Below, in pieces: positions 24,401 to 39,400 of a stretch of DNA of 64,000 nt. A program made the position numbers and the translations under genes. The stretch is taken from the NCBI RefSeq assembly GCF_964355755.1, contig NC_092670.1:7492201-7556200 (forward strand), given 5' to 3'. The notes under the pieces were generated by a model. It did no database searches and had not been told where the DNA came from. It worked only from the letters and a program-made list of their open reading frames with translations. How positions within the stretch are numbered: position 1 is the stretch's first letter; the number at the start of each line of letters is the position of its first letter. This stretch comes from Antedon mediterranea. Taxonomy: Eukaryota > Animalia > Echinodermata.

Positions 24401-27400
24401 AACGAAAATATATATTTATTGGCTGTATTTTCAATAATAAATTTTAAGCCTTTTGTTAAAAAATAATTGAGAATTTTATGCCACAAGAGGTTGACAACAG
24501 CATTCGAATTTCAACCTGTAGTTTGTGACTTTGTTATATTCTGTGTCCAACACTAGAGTTAATGCTTTTTTAAATGGCCCCGCTTCCCGTCGGCCTAGAC
24601 ATGGCCAATGATAATTATTAGGCTCTAGAACAATGGGTGATGAATATGTTTTGTATTGGTTGAATGAATACTACTGTTACTTTGAACACCTATTGGATAT
24701 TTAGTTATGATAGCCTACTCAATTCTATAATTTAGAAGTTATCCGAGTAATAAAGATGGAAATTTAACCAAGGACATGCAGTTATTTTTAAATTTAATCT
24801 ATTTTTCTGCTAGTAATTAAAAAAAAGCATAAATGTTGGAAGACAAACACTAACCTGAATTCATAAAATGAACAAAAAAATATTATTTTGAAGAGTTGAA
24901 CAATAAACAATAAACTAAGTCACCTACTTCTATGCAATCATCAATCACTCACAGACAATTAGATAAAAAGAGCAAATAATCTAGTACCTATTTATGAAAT
25001 AGTAAATAATTTATATTTCCTGAATTATAATTGCTTCTTCCCATTGATGTGTGCATGGTTTCATAAACGTTGATTACTGTGTGTGTGGTCTATGTTTATA
25101 TCACAAACGCTTGCTTTAATGAAATTACCTTTCTGTGACTGACTTTGTTTTATTTTCATTTTCAATATAGAGCATAAACATTTTGATTGCAATTGTATTG
25201 TTGGCCAAAAACATGAAAAAAGGTTAATAAATCGGACTATGAATAAGCCATTTTGCAGTTTTATTTATTAAGTAATTAATTTCTGTAAAAAAAAGCAACA
25301 ACAAATAACATTTATTTCACCAACAACCATTGTCTGACAGACAATTTAGGTATTTTTTGCTTTAAAATTACATTTTTTTTAGGAAAATAATTTTTTTTTC
25401 TCAATCCAGTTTTTGGTCAGTGAATATATGACATTAAAATGGCATATTCAACAAAAAAACAATTTAATATTTTTTTCAGGGGACAATATTGTATCTGAGT
25501 TTTCATCATAACTTTTATGAAAAATATTTTTTAAAGAAATCTGTATTGATACTGATTAATAAATATGCATATTATTATAAATTATTAAATTATTTTAATT
25601 AAATAATGTTGATGTTGAAAATGTGTGTAGATGGTCGCTTTCTTGTAGATGCTTTAATTATAGAATGTAATTTTGTTTGTTTTGATTTATTTCTGTGCTC
25701 TGTTCTGGGTTGACCAACTAGCATAGGTGTATAGCACCTTTTTGATCTTTCCGTGCCTTTTATATTTGTTTTTTCTTTTTCTTTGTATTGTATATGGCAG
25801 AAATTGAATAATAAATATATATTCTCTGTCTATTTTTTATAAAATAAAAATAATCATCATCAAAAACTAGTGTGTGTAAAACGTAACATTTTGTTACGTT
25901 TTACAAACACTAGTGTGTTTCCATTTTTCGTAAAATTTACTAAATAAATTTACTAAATGAATTTTTGATTTATGGGGAATTTTATGTTCTAAAATTCTAT
26001 TATACAGAGTATAATTACAAATGTCAGATTTCAAATTAATCTTGTCTAGACAAAATAACAAAATATTATTTAATATATAATATTTCAATTTATTTTGTGT
26101 CAGTTTTGCTATTCAAATTATTCAATGATTAATGGCAAGCATTTGAAGACAATTCTATAAATAATATTTCTAATTTAAATTCTTACTTTCATTCCATTGA
26201 GGATCCATAAATATACAATTTCATATTACATTATATATTTATGCCAGCCACCCTCAATATTATATTTCTGTGTCATTTAAATAAATCATGATTTATATTA
26301 ATTTTCGTAAAAAGAGAAAAAATCGATAATGGCGAAACTCGCTAACCTGGTACTGTAGTAGCAAAGTAAACAATATAAACATAGTATACAATTTTTAGCC
26401 TCGGTATATTTAAAATCAGTTATTGACTGGAAATTAAGGCAATAGGTCAAAGTCTAAAATGTGTTTAACATGATATGGAAATGGTTTTAGAAAGAGCAGA
26501 TGAAGATTAGGGAGTGGATTATCAACATGGAAACGGGAGTGAGTGGCCAAGCGGTTAGAACAGTAGAACCGTAATACCTATACATAGATCAGCAAGGGTT
26601 TGAGGCTCACTTGCTTCTTAATACCTGAGAAATGTTATTTAAAAGAAATTTCAACATGCAAGAAAATGTATCTTTGGCTTAAGTCTAAGTAGCAATTAAC
26701 TGATGATCTAAAACCCCATTTTCTACACATTCAGTATCTCTCAAAAAGCAAGTCCCCAAAGCTGATTAAAATATGTGCTGATTTTTAAAATATTCCATAA
26801 GCCACTATTTTTTCCCACAAATACAATAAATGTCTACTGCCCTCAAATTGAGTTATCAGTAATAATTAGAATCTACTAAACAGAATGTGGGTTCCCGGTT
26901 TTTAAATAAATGAAAAATAGTTTAAATCCTGCATTTTTAATTATACATACACATGATTCCAGGTTTCTTTCATCATTTCACTTATAACCACCAAATGCAT
27001 CTATTTTTTAATCACAATGTATATTGTGATTAACGTCATTCCTACCTCATATTTATCATTTTCCATATACCAAGCGATGTGGTCATCCATGTCACGTTGG
27101 CGTCCAACCACAACATCCTTAGGACTAACAATATGGAAAGTACATTCATCTTCAATATATTCTAAATATTAAAGTAGAAAAAAAAGCCCAATTTATTATT
27201 AAAATAAAATGTGGAAAAGACATTTAATACTGTTCACTAATTACCAGGACAAAGGCCATCAATAATGGACTCTACCATTATAAAAATGGGGTGGGGGGAC
27301 ATGTTGGGTGGGATGGGGAGGACAGTGGGCCCATTGAGGCAAAGCCATTTAGAGAGGTAAGTTGGCTTCTGGATAAAATGGTACTAATTTTGGTGGGTAC

Positions 27401-30400
27401 ATTACAAACTCAACTAGGTAACTAAATAACTCTAAACATGGTGGCCAATATTATTAAAGTGGGTTTACATCTATAAATTAATCTTAGACTTGGATGGATA
27501 GAAAACCATGTATGTACAGTCGTTTTTAAATTCTTATACATGCTATATTTTTAAATTAGGGTAGTTGGTTGAAGTTGCTTAAGCTGCTCAAAACTGTTAA
27601 TGTTTCTATGTTGTATTGTATGGATATTATGCTGGTTGAATAAATAAAGCAGGTATATTGGCAGCAGCCTCCGTGTTATACATACAGTATATGAGCTCTG
27701 TCATTAACACGATTTTTGATTTTGCACAATAAAGTTTTGATTAAATAAATGATTATAGAGCTATAGGTATATAAAATGTGCATTATCTTAGTATAGTGAC
27801 ATTAACAGTCATATGAATACATCGACCAATTGTTAGCTTTAAAAACTGATGAGAACTAGTACAAAGATTTAAAAAATCTTGCAAAACAAATATTCATGAC
27901 AACAACATAACAGGATATCTAAATCACACATATGTCATTGTCATGGGATAGATTGACATAAAAAAATAAGCCGCCACGAGAGAAAATGTCACCGAAATAA
28001 GTGACAACAAACAAAATGTACAAAATCAAAACATATGTTAAGAAGTTTGGAATAAATTTAATTTTCCGAATTTTATTAAAAAAAAGATACCAGGGATTAT
28101 GCATATCCGATATGAATAATGGTTCGATTAGCATCGGGTTTTTACAAGATTGAGAAAATACATTTTATTATGGGCGTGTAAAAGAGAGTGTGTTCATTGA
28201 ATTACATATAAGAAATGGTATAAACCCAAATAATGAGAGACAAGGAAAGTTTCAATCTTTATTTGATCATCATCAGGAATATTGTTTAATTACTATTTTC
28301 ATATAATTGTTTGTCTATTATATCGTTATTTTAGTATTATTATATATATCATTTAAAATAAAAAAACTCATTTTTTTTTCATTAAATTGTAAATTAATAA
28401 TTATATTACTGTAATCTATTAGGTTATCAGTGGTGGTTGTCATAACTGAGTACGTGTGATGACCATAAATTATTTCATCCTGTGAAAATAAATTTTAAAG
28501 AAACAAATCCTTTTCGTTCATCAAATTCGTTAAATGGAGTGGAATTTTTGAAAACAATTAAACAAATTTCTTTTTTATTTACAACATCCTATTAAATTAT
28601 GTAATGTTTTGTTAAAATATTTTGTCTTGGGATGGCTGTACAAAACGTTTATAAAAAAAATTGCCTTATATATTAATTATTGTTACATTTTCAATACATT
28701 CTCTTATTTTGTTGTTGTACGATCTTTATATCACGGTCCGAGTGCTTATTTATTCAGTTTTAACAGAACTAACTGAACTTATGAAACGAATATTAGAAAA
28801 ACAATGTATTAGACAGAATGCAATATGAATAGTTAAAAATTAGCTTGTTAAATGTTAGAAAAATAAATGACTTTTGTAAAAACAGATATATAATTTAACT
28901 GTGTGGGCAGAGTCAATGACATTTTACTATAAAATTAATAGGCAATTCAACAGGAAATTAATTAATACAGGAAACATGTATATATAATTATAATGTATTA
29001 GAATTTTAAAAAGAAATTCTACAGATAAGGAATAATAACAATATTGAAATAATTGATAGAATGCAGATGAAGTCATCAAATTAAATTTTATAATCATTAT
29101 GTATCCTTTTCTTTCCAAAGATTAAAATTTATTTTATTTCTTCTTATTTTACGTTATGTGAATTGCTGCAATTTTAGATGTTTTTATCTGTACATTATTT
29201 TAAAAATTTATTCAATATTTTATCATCGTCACTGTACAATACTTAATTTGTTTTAACCACCAGGAAACCACATTTTATGTTCGCCAATATTGTGTTCATG
29301 ACAATAAATAATTCATTTATCTTATTTTCGATCTAGTTAACAATTTTAAGGGTATTTTTACCTCAATTCCTTAAAATATACAACTCGCATTAAACAGACC
29401 ACCTGCTTGCAACGACCTAATAAATGTGCGATGTCACATAATATAATAAGTGTGTTCTACTAACCTAAATGATAATTATTTGCTTCATATTTTTGGAATC
29501 CTCGTATTGAGAGTGCGTCACTTGAAATTATTTCATAATCGTCTGGTTTTGGATCAATAATCTTCAACTGTGGTCTTTGTGATTCATTCTCCTGTAAAAA
29601 AAATAACAATAAATATACAGTAAACTCTCTCAATACCAAACTCTCTCAATACCAGACTCTCTGAAAACCGGAAACTCTACCAAAACCAGACTTTTTTTGA
29701 GACCCAAAAGGTATTTTTACCATTAGAAACCATTCCAAATACCAGACTTCCAGACATTTGGCTAGCCCAAAGATAGAGGATAACATCAAATTCTTTTCTA
29801 ATCAGAGTTTTTATCATACAGTAAAAACACTTTAAAAGACACAAGCTCAGAGCATTTTCACTGTCCAATTTCTTACCATAGACCCTATTGACAGTTCAGT
29901 AAATGTTTAAGTAAAGCAATGAACTGAAGGTGGTGACATACACCCATGCTTTAGAGGAGTGACAAATATCTGACCTAGAAAAGATAGTCATGTTAAACAT
30001 ACTTTTGACCCAATTCAAAATACTTACTGAACACACATTATATAACAATTTTATTTCATTTTATTATTAAACTTAAAAGTATTTTTGTTATGTTTCAATA
30101 AATTATTAAAATGTAAAAATGATTGATATTTTATTGCTAATAAATTTTAAAAAAATGATTGTGTAAATTTAGTGTGATACACTATACTGTACTGTATGTG
30201 TACAACAGGTGCAGTGGAGCTTACAATTTATGTTTAATGGTTTTTAGTAATGAATGTTGTGAAAAAGAAAACATTTTTTCCGCACATATCAATGGTTCGT
30301 AGTAATTGTGAAAAAAATCCACCTAGTACTTTGGAGCATTGAATATTGTGAAAAAAGAAAATAGTTTTTCAGATTGTGTAGTAATGAACGTTGTGAAAAA

Positions 30401-33400
30401 AGAAAGCAGTTTTCTCCAACTATCTATCTTAGTGGTTTGTAGTAATAAACATTGTGAAAAAATAAAGCAGTTTTCTTCATCTATCTATCTCAATGGTTTG
30501 CAGTAATGAACATTGTGAAAAAAGAAAAAAACTGATTCTACCTTAGCCTACATTTATCATTAGATACCATGACCCCATCCATCATTGGCTGGTGTTATGC
30601 ATCAGCAATTTAAAACAGGAAAGAGTGATGGATATGGGAATAATTCTGGGCATACAAGAAGTGCCTAGCAACATGTGGCTTGCTTTAGACCGCAGGAAAT
30701 TAATAGAAATTCAAATAAATCAAATTAGTACATATATTATTCATGTGAGGATACATTTATGGAAGCATGTGGTATACAGGTAAGGCTTCAAGCCTAACAT
30801 TCAAAGGTTAAGAGTTCATGTTAGTTGCATTATGAAGTACCTCTCATTCCTGTATGAAAGAGCCTATTATCTGTGGTTGTTTCTTATTGTATTTTACTAT
30901 CTGGAGGGAAAAACCATTACTGGTACATGTAATATTCACCTTGTTGTAAAGTATTTTCAAATTTCTCTTGTTAATATCCCTTTATTCATTAATTTATAAA
31001 AAAAAGTTCTTTTAAAATCTTTAATAATAGATTCAATACAAGATTTTCTTTCTTATTTTTTTTAAATGTTTGACTATTTGGCTTCAGGAAAAAACAGTAT
31101 ATCCATACTGATTGAGTATGCATACTAAAGATAGATTTCTATTCTAACGTGAGACTTGAAATCATAAACTGTTGCTACAATATTTAGCAAAAAAAGCCTG
31201 GCATCTCATAAAGAAGCCTGCCATCTCAAGTACTGTGTGACAATTGAAAAAGAAGCCTTACATCAAAAAGAGAAGCCTGCATTACAAAGCCTTAAAAGAA
31301 ATCATGATACTATTATCTATAGTTGAAGTTCAATTACTAAGAAATAAAAATTCACAATTATAATTTGATTTATTAAATAGTCTGCAACAATAATGAATTA
31401 TAATGAGATAATATGTGTGAATATGGATCTGAAAAATCAGGCATATAATCTGATTTCCTGAAAGTAATTAATGATTTATTAGTGTTGATTATCTTTCAAC
31501 ATCAAAAGAAATATGATTATTAGTGGTGAATTTATTTTGTTAACTACTACTACTACACTAGTACTGCGATGTTTATACAGGACTGATATTATTTTCTTAT
31601 CAGAAAAAAAGTGGAAATGAGTGTAAAGCCTTGTCTACACTATCAAAATGTATGTGAAAAAAAATGTGATGTCACCATATAATGGCCATGATAATGTCAT
31701 ATGATATCACTACCATATTTGGGCATATAACTACCATATTTGAGCACTTTTTTTTGTCAAAATAATTTGATAGTGTAGACAGCGCTTAAGTTAAGTCTCA
31801 TTGTGGCAATCTGAAAATCTTGGTAATGTACCACCAAGTACCTAATGTGTTGATCAGTGCCGGCAGAGCCCTCAGAAATGCACTCCAATAGGCTAATGAC
31901 CTGCACAATTTTTTTTAATAGTTTATTTTATGTGTGTCAATAAAAGATTATGGGGCATTAATGACAATTCAGAGTCAGGTTTTAAAACTAGGACACTAAT
32001 GGGTAGCCGAATGCCTTACCGAATCCCTCGATTCTTGTCGAAGAAAAGCCAGCACAACCAGCTTGTCATCAAGAGGAGCAACTCCACAAACAAAGAAATC
32101 TGTGTTAAATATTGATACTAAAAAAAAACAGAAAGATAAAAATAGATGATTGAAATACTGTACATTTCAGTACTGTTATAATGAAGTAATTTTGCAATCA
32201 CGTCAATCAACAACTGTTTTGTTAGGACTAATGTCTATTTTGGATGTACAGTATTAACAATTATTTTGATTTTCAATAAAACAAGACTGATGATAGTAGA
32301 GACTATTAGTAGTCACAAGCAAGGGCTACTGATTTAATGCTTTCCTCTAGTTAAAACAGTCATGATGTTGCATATTAGGCCTACCTATTTCAACAAAGCG
32401 TAGTGGTAACCGCCTTGCTTGTGCCTCATACGGCAATCTGTCTTTAACTACGCATATCTGGAAGGAAAAATATATTGCAAATTAACATGCATAAATGACG
32501 AGTAAGTGTTTGAGTGGTTAAGGCACGGGCGCTGCAACATGTGACCATAACATAGGCATGTTCAATGCAGTTCTCATCTTTTTTTTGGTGATAGAACATG
32601 CTGTGCTGCAATAGGGATTATCACACTAAGAACAAGAAATGTTTGGAAAAAATATGAATATATAATGTCATTACTATTAATTTTGTCAAAAGAATTTTGA
32701 ACAGATTCTCATAGTAAGGTTTAGTAAAATTGCAAACTCATTGATTAATGTCTGGATGATTTCAATATAGCATCATGAAAGGAAAATGCGCAACACATTT
32801 CGGTCCACCACCAGTTTGCTAACCTTTGACCTGGTTTAGATTTGTAACTGGTATCATACCTTAATTGTATCAGCCCATCCAATAATTAGGGTTTTGTCAT
32901 CCTTCCAACAGATGCTACAAGCATAGATTTCCGAGCGTAAACTTTCACCGTGGTCTCGACGGATGAATGTTATTCGTTGTCTATGCAACACATCGTAAAC
33001 TTTCACTCCCTAGAGACACAGCAGGAAGATAAGATCAAACAAAGTTATAGAATCCCTTCACAAACACAGCATCAAACTAATTGCAAAATCAATTCCACAT
33101 TTTTAAATTTACTTGCATCTCTTTACCTTCTATTTCTCTTAGATTCATAATCTGGCGGCCACAAGCTCTGTCATGCGGAACTTATACCGGTAAGCATTAT
33201 AGATTTCTTTATTGAAATGCAGAGATTTGCATATTAATAATTATCAATAAAAGTAGATTGTTATTGTTTATAATGTGAACATTTGTGTTCAAACTTTTAT
33301 TTACATTTAACAAGATTGTAAATCTAAGTATTAATACTAATAATAGCTTTTAATTTGGTATAATAATAACAATTTGGAAAAGATAAAAAATAGAGATAGA

Positions 33401-36400
33401 ATAGTGCTCGTCAAAATGGTTTATTCTGTACATAGATTAAGTAAATTATGTTTAATACTTATTTTTAATTAGAGATCATACAGTAAAGATCTACTTTGTT
33501 TTGTAATTTAAGGTACAACTTTTATGTCAACATTTTTCTACTGCAGTTTCTGCAGTAAACTACATTTTTTTAGTTTCAATGGTATTGGTTTAAAAAAAAA
33601 ATGTTATATTGGTTATAATTTTAATTGATAATGTACATACTGTTGGATAGCCGAGTGGTTAGGACACTTGACTGTCATACAGATAGACCCGGGTTCAATT
33701 CCCGACAACTCCCAGTCCACTGGGCGGCGTGGAAAGGAACTGGCCACCCTACCACATAATGCCGAGGCTTAGTACAATGAGCTCCTAACAGCTCATTCCC
33801 CTACGTTCAGAGAACACGGGACTCTCCTTTACCTCACATACTGTTATCTCATTTGATTTGAATGTTTTATGTTAATATTGTTTTCATAGCAAAATATATA
33901 TGGAATTTATACCTAATATACAGTAATAAATCATTTTCCTTGCTAACTGTATAATAATTATATCCATTTCAAACATAACTACAAATTATTATTATGACTT
34001 AAATACAGAAAATATTAATACTAAATAATATTATTACTGTATGAATTGAAATATATCGCTAATGTACCTTTAACTACTTAATTTCAACATAAAATAACTG
34101 TTTTGTTTTAATTTTGTTTTGCTTTAGTGCAGCATTTCTTATTACAGTTGTAATAATATGCCATTTTGATAGATTTAAGTTGATAGCATTCTAAATCCTA
34201 CTTGGTAATGATGAATGATCTTATCATCTTTGACAGCAAAGCAATTAACGTCGAAACAATTTAATCCAGCAAACTGTTTAAATATACGAGACTGTGCTAA
34301 GTCTAGTGGTTCTCCTGCATTGAAATGAATTGAATAAATTTAAACGCCTGGCACGTAATATACAAGTGAAATCATAAACTGTTTAAATATATGAGAGTGT
34401 GTTATGCTATTAAGTCTGTACTGCATTGAAATGAATAAATGTAAAGGTTTGGCACGTACTGTACTAGACAAGCCAAACTATGTGTATCATAGAAATATTC
34501 AAATGTATGAGACTGTGCTGTGAATTTGGCTGTTGCATTGTATTGACATTAATTAAGTAAGCATAAACTGTTTTAAAGTCGGTGCTTGTCCGTTGGTTAC
34601 ACTGCATTTAAATAAATTGTGGCAGAACATTTACTTTTACTTTAATTTGCATAAACAGTTATAGCCTTGTAAACATCTGCATTAACAACTTGTTTTGATT
34701 TGAAGACAGAAGCATAGGTCTATGTGCCACGCATACAACACACGCTGAGCATATTACACGAATGTTGAAATGCTGACAAAGAGAGGATTTTGCCAGATCA
34801 TGTTTTATTTCCCCTTGTTTAAAAAAAAAATTAATCTGCACAAATTGAATAGTTCTTCCATACCCATTGGTTAACATTCTGGTTTGATGCTAAATTGAGA
34901 AAAATTTGGTTCCCGATGTATGTAACTAAGGTTTTTGTTTTCAAAATGGACGTATCATATGCATTGTTGTGTTGGGATGCAATGTTAAGTCTACAATTAG
35001 CGTCTATGTGTTCCGTCAAATGTTCCATTATCAATATGGTTGCAATACTTATTTTATAATTAAACCAGAGAAATTTCTAACTCAGGAGTTATCCTTTAAA
35101 AAACTTACCAATTCATTGCTCCAGGCAATGAAGCATGACCTCCACTGAATATTTCTAATTTGACCTTCACCTTCATGGATTACTGTTGATTTATTTCGAT
35201 TAAATAATCCCTTCTCATGTAGTAGCAACTGAAAGACAAGTTTTAATTAAAGTACAAATTAATTCATACTTAAATAAATGAAATGCAAATTAAAAAAAAT
35301 ATTTCAATTTCCATTTTTCAACGAAAGAAATAATGCTCTAATCACGCCTAATCTTATAAATGATCTGATGCCTATAACCAGTTGACACACAACATAGTAC
35401 AACCGCTATTAAGGGACACCTTCACAGGACCAGACAAAGTGTTTCCTCAATTGGGTACCTCTGAATAGGGGTTGGCCATAGTTTTTAAATAAAATTTCTC
35501 CTTGTTAGCTTCTCGGAAGGTGTCCACTTAAAATGAGTGTTCCAAAGGATAGGTTTTTAACTGTTCTGTTTTTTGTTCTTATGACCCTCTACATGGATCA
35601 AGTATTAACTGGTAGCCGTCAAAATATCAACTGTAATATTCCATCCACTGCAAGTACTCAGTAGAATATACATCAGTGTTTTCTCAATTCAACTACAGTA
35701 CAATTTATTCTAACTAGAACCATAAATCATTTTTACTCTCCCATGGCATACATTCTAGTGATATATTTTTTCTTTCTAAAACTCAAACCTCATTATTTTA
35801 AATAGTCACTTACTGTAAATTAAATAAAATGCAGTAAATCAAAGCAGGATTATTCAAATTAATTCAATTATTAATGGCATCATAAATATTAATATCTTAA
35901 AATACAAAATAAGAGAAGTGTAGGTGTGTGTTTAGTTGTTGAGGGAAAAATGTGTTTCAGATATTCATAGGCTTATTGGATTTAAATGAGGACAGGTGGA
36001 AAAAGGCCTTTATTTAGAAATTAAATATTTTCTTATTTTGGGATAGTTTAATTTTTAATGTCCTAATTGCAGCCGATTCTTGTTCGGTATCATGACTAGT
36101 AACATTAACAACGAACATTGTGCAGTATCGTGTCTGATGACAGCAATAGGCTTATCATAGCACAAAACTTCTAAATACCAACTTAACCTAATCCTTTCAA
36201 TAATCTCTCACAACTATAGTATCACATGGGATGACAGTTAATGTCTAAAGACATGACACTACAGGATGTTTATTGTCACATGCCGATCATGTATTAAGTA
36301 GACAGTTGCTTTTGATATTCTTGAGAAAAAAATTACATGGATTGTTTATACTTCAGACCAATCTAGAAACTACAGTAGCACTCAGTTGTTGATCTTTAAG

Positions 36401-39400
36401 AGGAATAAAGAAAGTATTTTCTTTAATACAGTACAACTGTATGTGTAGTTAAATTTAACACACAAAAAAAGAAAATCCATAACCTAATGTACTATACTAT
36501 AACAATATACCAAATGTACTATAATTTTGCTATAACAACATTTAATAATTTCAGTTGCTGTTGCAGTGTTAGTTATTTTATAGTGTTATTTTTTTAACAC
36601 AAATATGAAATCTTAGAAGGCATAACAACAATAATCAATACGTTATCAATGGTATCATATGTACACAGCTGTTGTAAACAGATAGGTAAATCTATAGGAT
36701 AGCATTATATGGTGAACACTATTATCTAAAGTTACTACGTATTACTATTGAGAGGCCTATTACTGAAACATTCAATAATGTCAACATTTTTCTGTTTTTG
36801 TAATTTAGTTTTGATTCAATGAAACAAAAATCCTATTCATTACAGTACAACAGTATAACAGAACCATACAGTATGTCAGAATCTTAGTAGAAAATTTGGC
36901 AAATACTATGGGTCTGATTTTACTCAACATTAACATTGGAATTATTCAAAGTATTGTGTCCATATTTAGTCTAAGTTAGATAGTGATATAATACTTGAAC
37001 ATGGGAATATATTTGGCCATAAACGATAAACAGCTTGGCCTGGCCAGTATCGTTAATGGTGGCCTTGTATTGGGGACATCTGCTTCAATAACTTTAGTGG
37101 CACAAATTATATACAGTATTGCTTCATTCACAAAATAAGCAATTTTAATGCAATATCATTTTCCCATGCATTATACAGTGTTATAGTTTATCCTTGGCAG
37201 TAGTTGACGTTACTGTCAATGAATTTGATGATAAATGATAGCGCCCTCATAGGTTTAAAATGGCAATACTATTCAATAGTCAAAATAGTCATAATACACA
37301 GGCATCCCAATTAAAGACCAACTTAAAAAAAAAAGAATTCATCTAAGAACTAATATCATTTCATTAATTTTGGCAAAACATGAACACCTTACTCATCTTT
37401 AAAGATGTACTAGGTTCTTTAAAGTGCACACAATCAATTTGTGTACACTGGATCTGCGGTTTTTAGTCCTTATCCAAGATTATATTGAACATTGAAATAC
37501 ATGTACAAATATTAAAAAGATCACGGTGACAAGAACAATAGGGAGTAGTAGCACACACAGTGTACTTACCTTGTCTCCCCCTGTTACATAACGTCTGCTA
37601 CTCCCCACTGAAAACTTGGGATCTAGGGCTACAGCCTAGAATGAGAAACAAAGATATTAGATAACTTTTAGATTATAAAATGAAATATGATACAAACAAT
37701 ATGATTAATGAAAGCAAAACAGTGAAAAGCCCACAAATCATTCAACATCCATCAAACTTCATTATCATAAATTATGACTAATATTTATTACTTCATCATA
37801 AATTATAATAATGTACTGTAACTTATACTTTCAAATAAGGCAAAAGTAGTACAGTAAAATGATAATTAGATTGTGTCAATATACAGTGACATATCAGTAT
37901 TCTTTATTTACAATAATACTTACAATGAGAAAAATATCAAAGAAACAAACTTAAGTAAACAACTTAATATGGTATTGTAAATAATTTTATTTAATATAGA
38001 TTATTGTTTAATACAAGGTTTTAGATATTTTAAATTTGGTTCAATATATTATTTATTTCAAAAGGTGATAATTACTGTAAATGTTTCAGATATACAGTAA
38101 GCCCAGATTGGGATACAATCTAATTTTGGTCAAATACTATATATTGTATAGGGAATATAAATCATTTAGTTTCTTACAATTATATATTTCTTACCTTTAT
38201 AGGACAATCAAACACCTGTACAACATTGTGTTCAGATTCGTATAGACCTGTTACAGCTACCTATAAGATACAATGCATAAAAACACACTATTATTGATTA
38301 ACAATTATACATTTTAAAGAATAAAAAGAAGAGATGTACTCAGTACAGTATGGATGGATGAAAAGATGTATGGAGGCATAAAGATGTATGGAGGCATAAA
38401 GAGATGGATGGATGAAAATATGAGTGAATGAAATGATGGATGGATGAAAAGATGTATGGAGGCATAAAGAGATGGATGGATGAAAATATGAGTGAATGAA
38501 ATGATAGATGGATGAAAAGATGTATGGAGGCATAAAGAGATGGATGGATGAAAATATGAGTGAATGAAATGATGGATGGATGAAAAGATGTATGGAGGCA
38601 TAAAGAGATGGATGGATGAAAATATGAGTGAATGAAATGATAGATGGATGAAAAGATGGATGGAGACATGAAGAGATGGATGGATGAAAAGATAGATGAA
38701 TGAATAAAAAGATGGATGGAGACATGAAGAGATGGATGGATGAATAAAAAGATGGATGGAGACATGAAAAGATGGATGGATGAAAAGATGGATGGAGACA
38801 TGAAGAAATGGATGGAGAAATGAAGAAATGAATATAAAAAATAAAAAAATTGATATATCAATGAAAAGATGGATAAAGTGATGAATAACTGAAAAGAGGA
38901 AAGAAGAGATGGATTAATGAAAAAAATAGATGAGTGACGAAATAGATGGAGAAATAAAGAGATAGATGAATGAAGAGATTAATCGTTATAGGGATAGATG
39001 AATACAAATACAAAGAGAAAGGTTGAAAAAAATGTATGGATTGAATTTATTGATGAATGAATGAATAAAGAAATAGATGGACTAATGAAAGATGGATATG
39101 AAACATATGTACAGGACATAAGAAACATGATAAAACAACTGTTATTGTTACAGTCATATCAAAATGGAGTATGTCGGTGAGTGACATATGTCTGTGTGTA
39201 TAGAATATCTGACACAGGAGTTTGGCATCTGTCAATCAGCATCTGACTTGGACATATATCGTTCTTACCCGTCCATCATCTGAACAACTTGCTATGTAGT
39301 CACCATTCTGATCCAAACTAATCTGATTAACCGTCGTCGTATGCTGAGGATAAAACAAACACAAAGTTATTCAACATTAACCATTCACCAATATCATTAT

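Noticed and set aside
29101-29110. GTATCCTTTT resembling a U12-type donor
   Set aside because: It is antisense to VPS41 with no associated exon, and all modelled introns are ordinary GT-AG.
30246-30530. Regularly spaced repeats resembling a CRISPR array
   Set aside because: Eukaryotic intron, the spacers are themselves homologous, and there are no cas genes.
33645-33712. Possible tRNA-Asp gene
   Set aside because: Acceptor and anticodon stems are imperfect, there is no poly-T terminator, and it continues into a SINE body bounded by a TSD.
33220-35290. Several octamer motifs (ATGCAAAT/ATTTGCAT) as evidence for POU regulation
   Set aside because: A handful of copies is expected by chance in 64 kb at this AT content, so no enrichment can be claimed.
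38291-38861. Three overlapping 95-173 aa ORFs
   Set aside because: Stop-free translations of the GGAT minisatellite.
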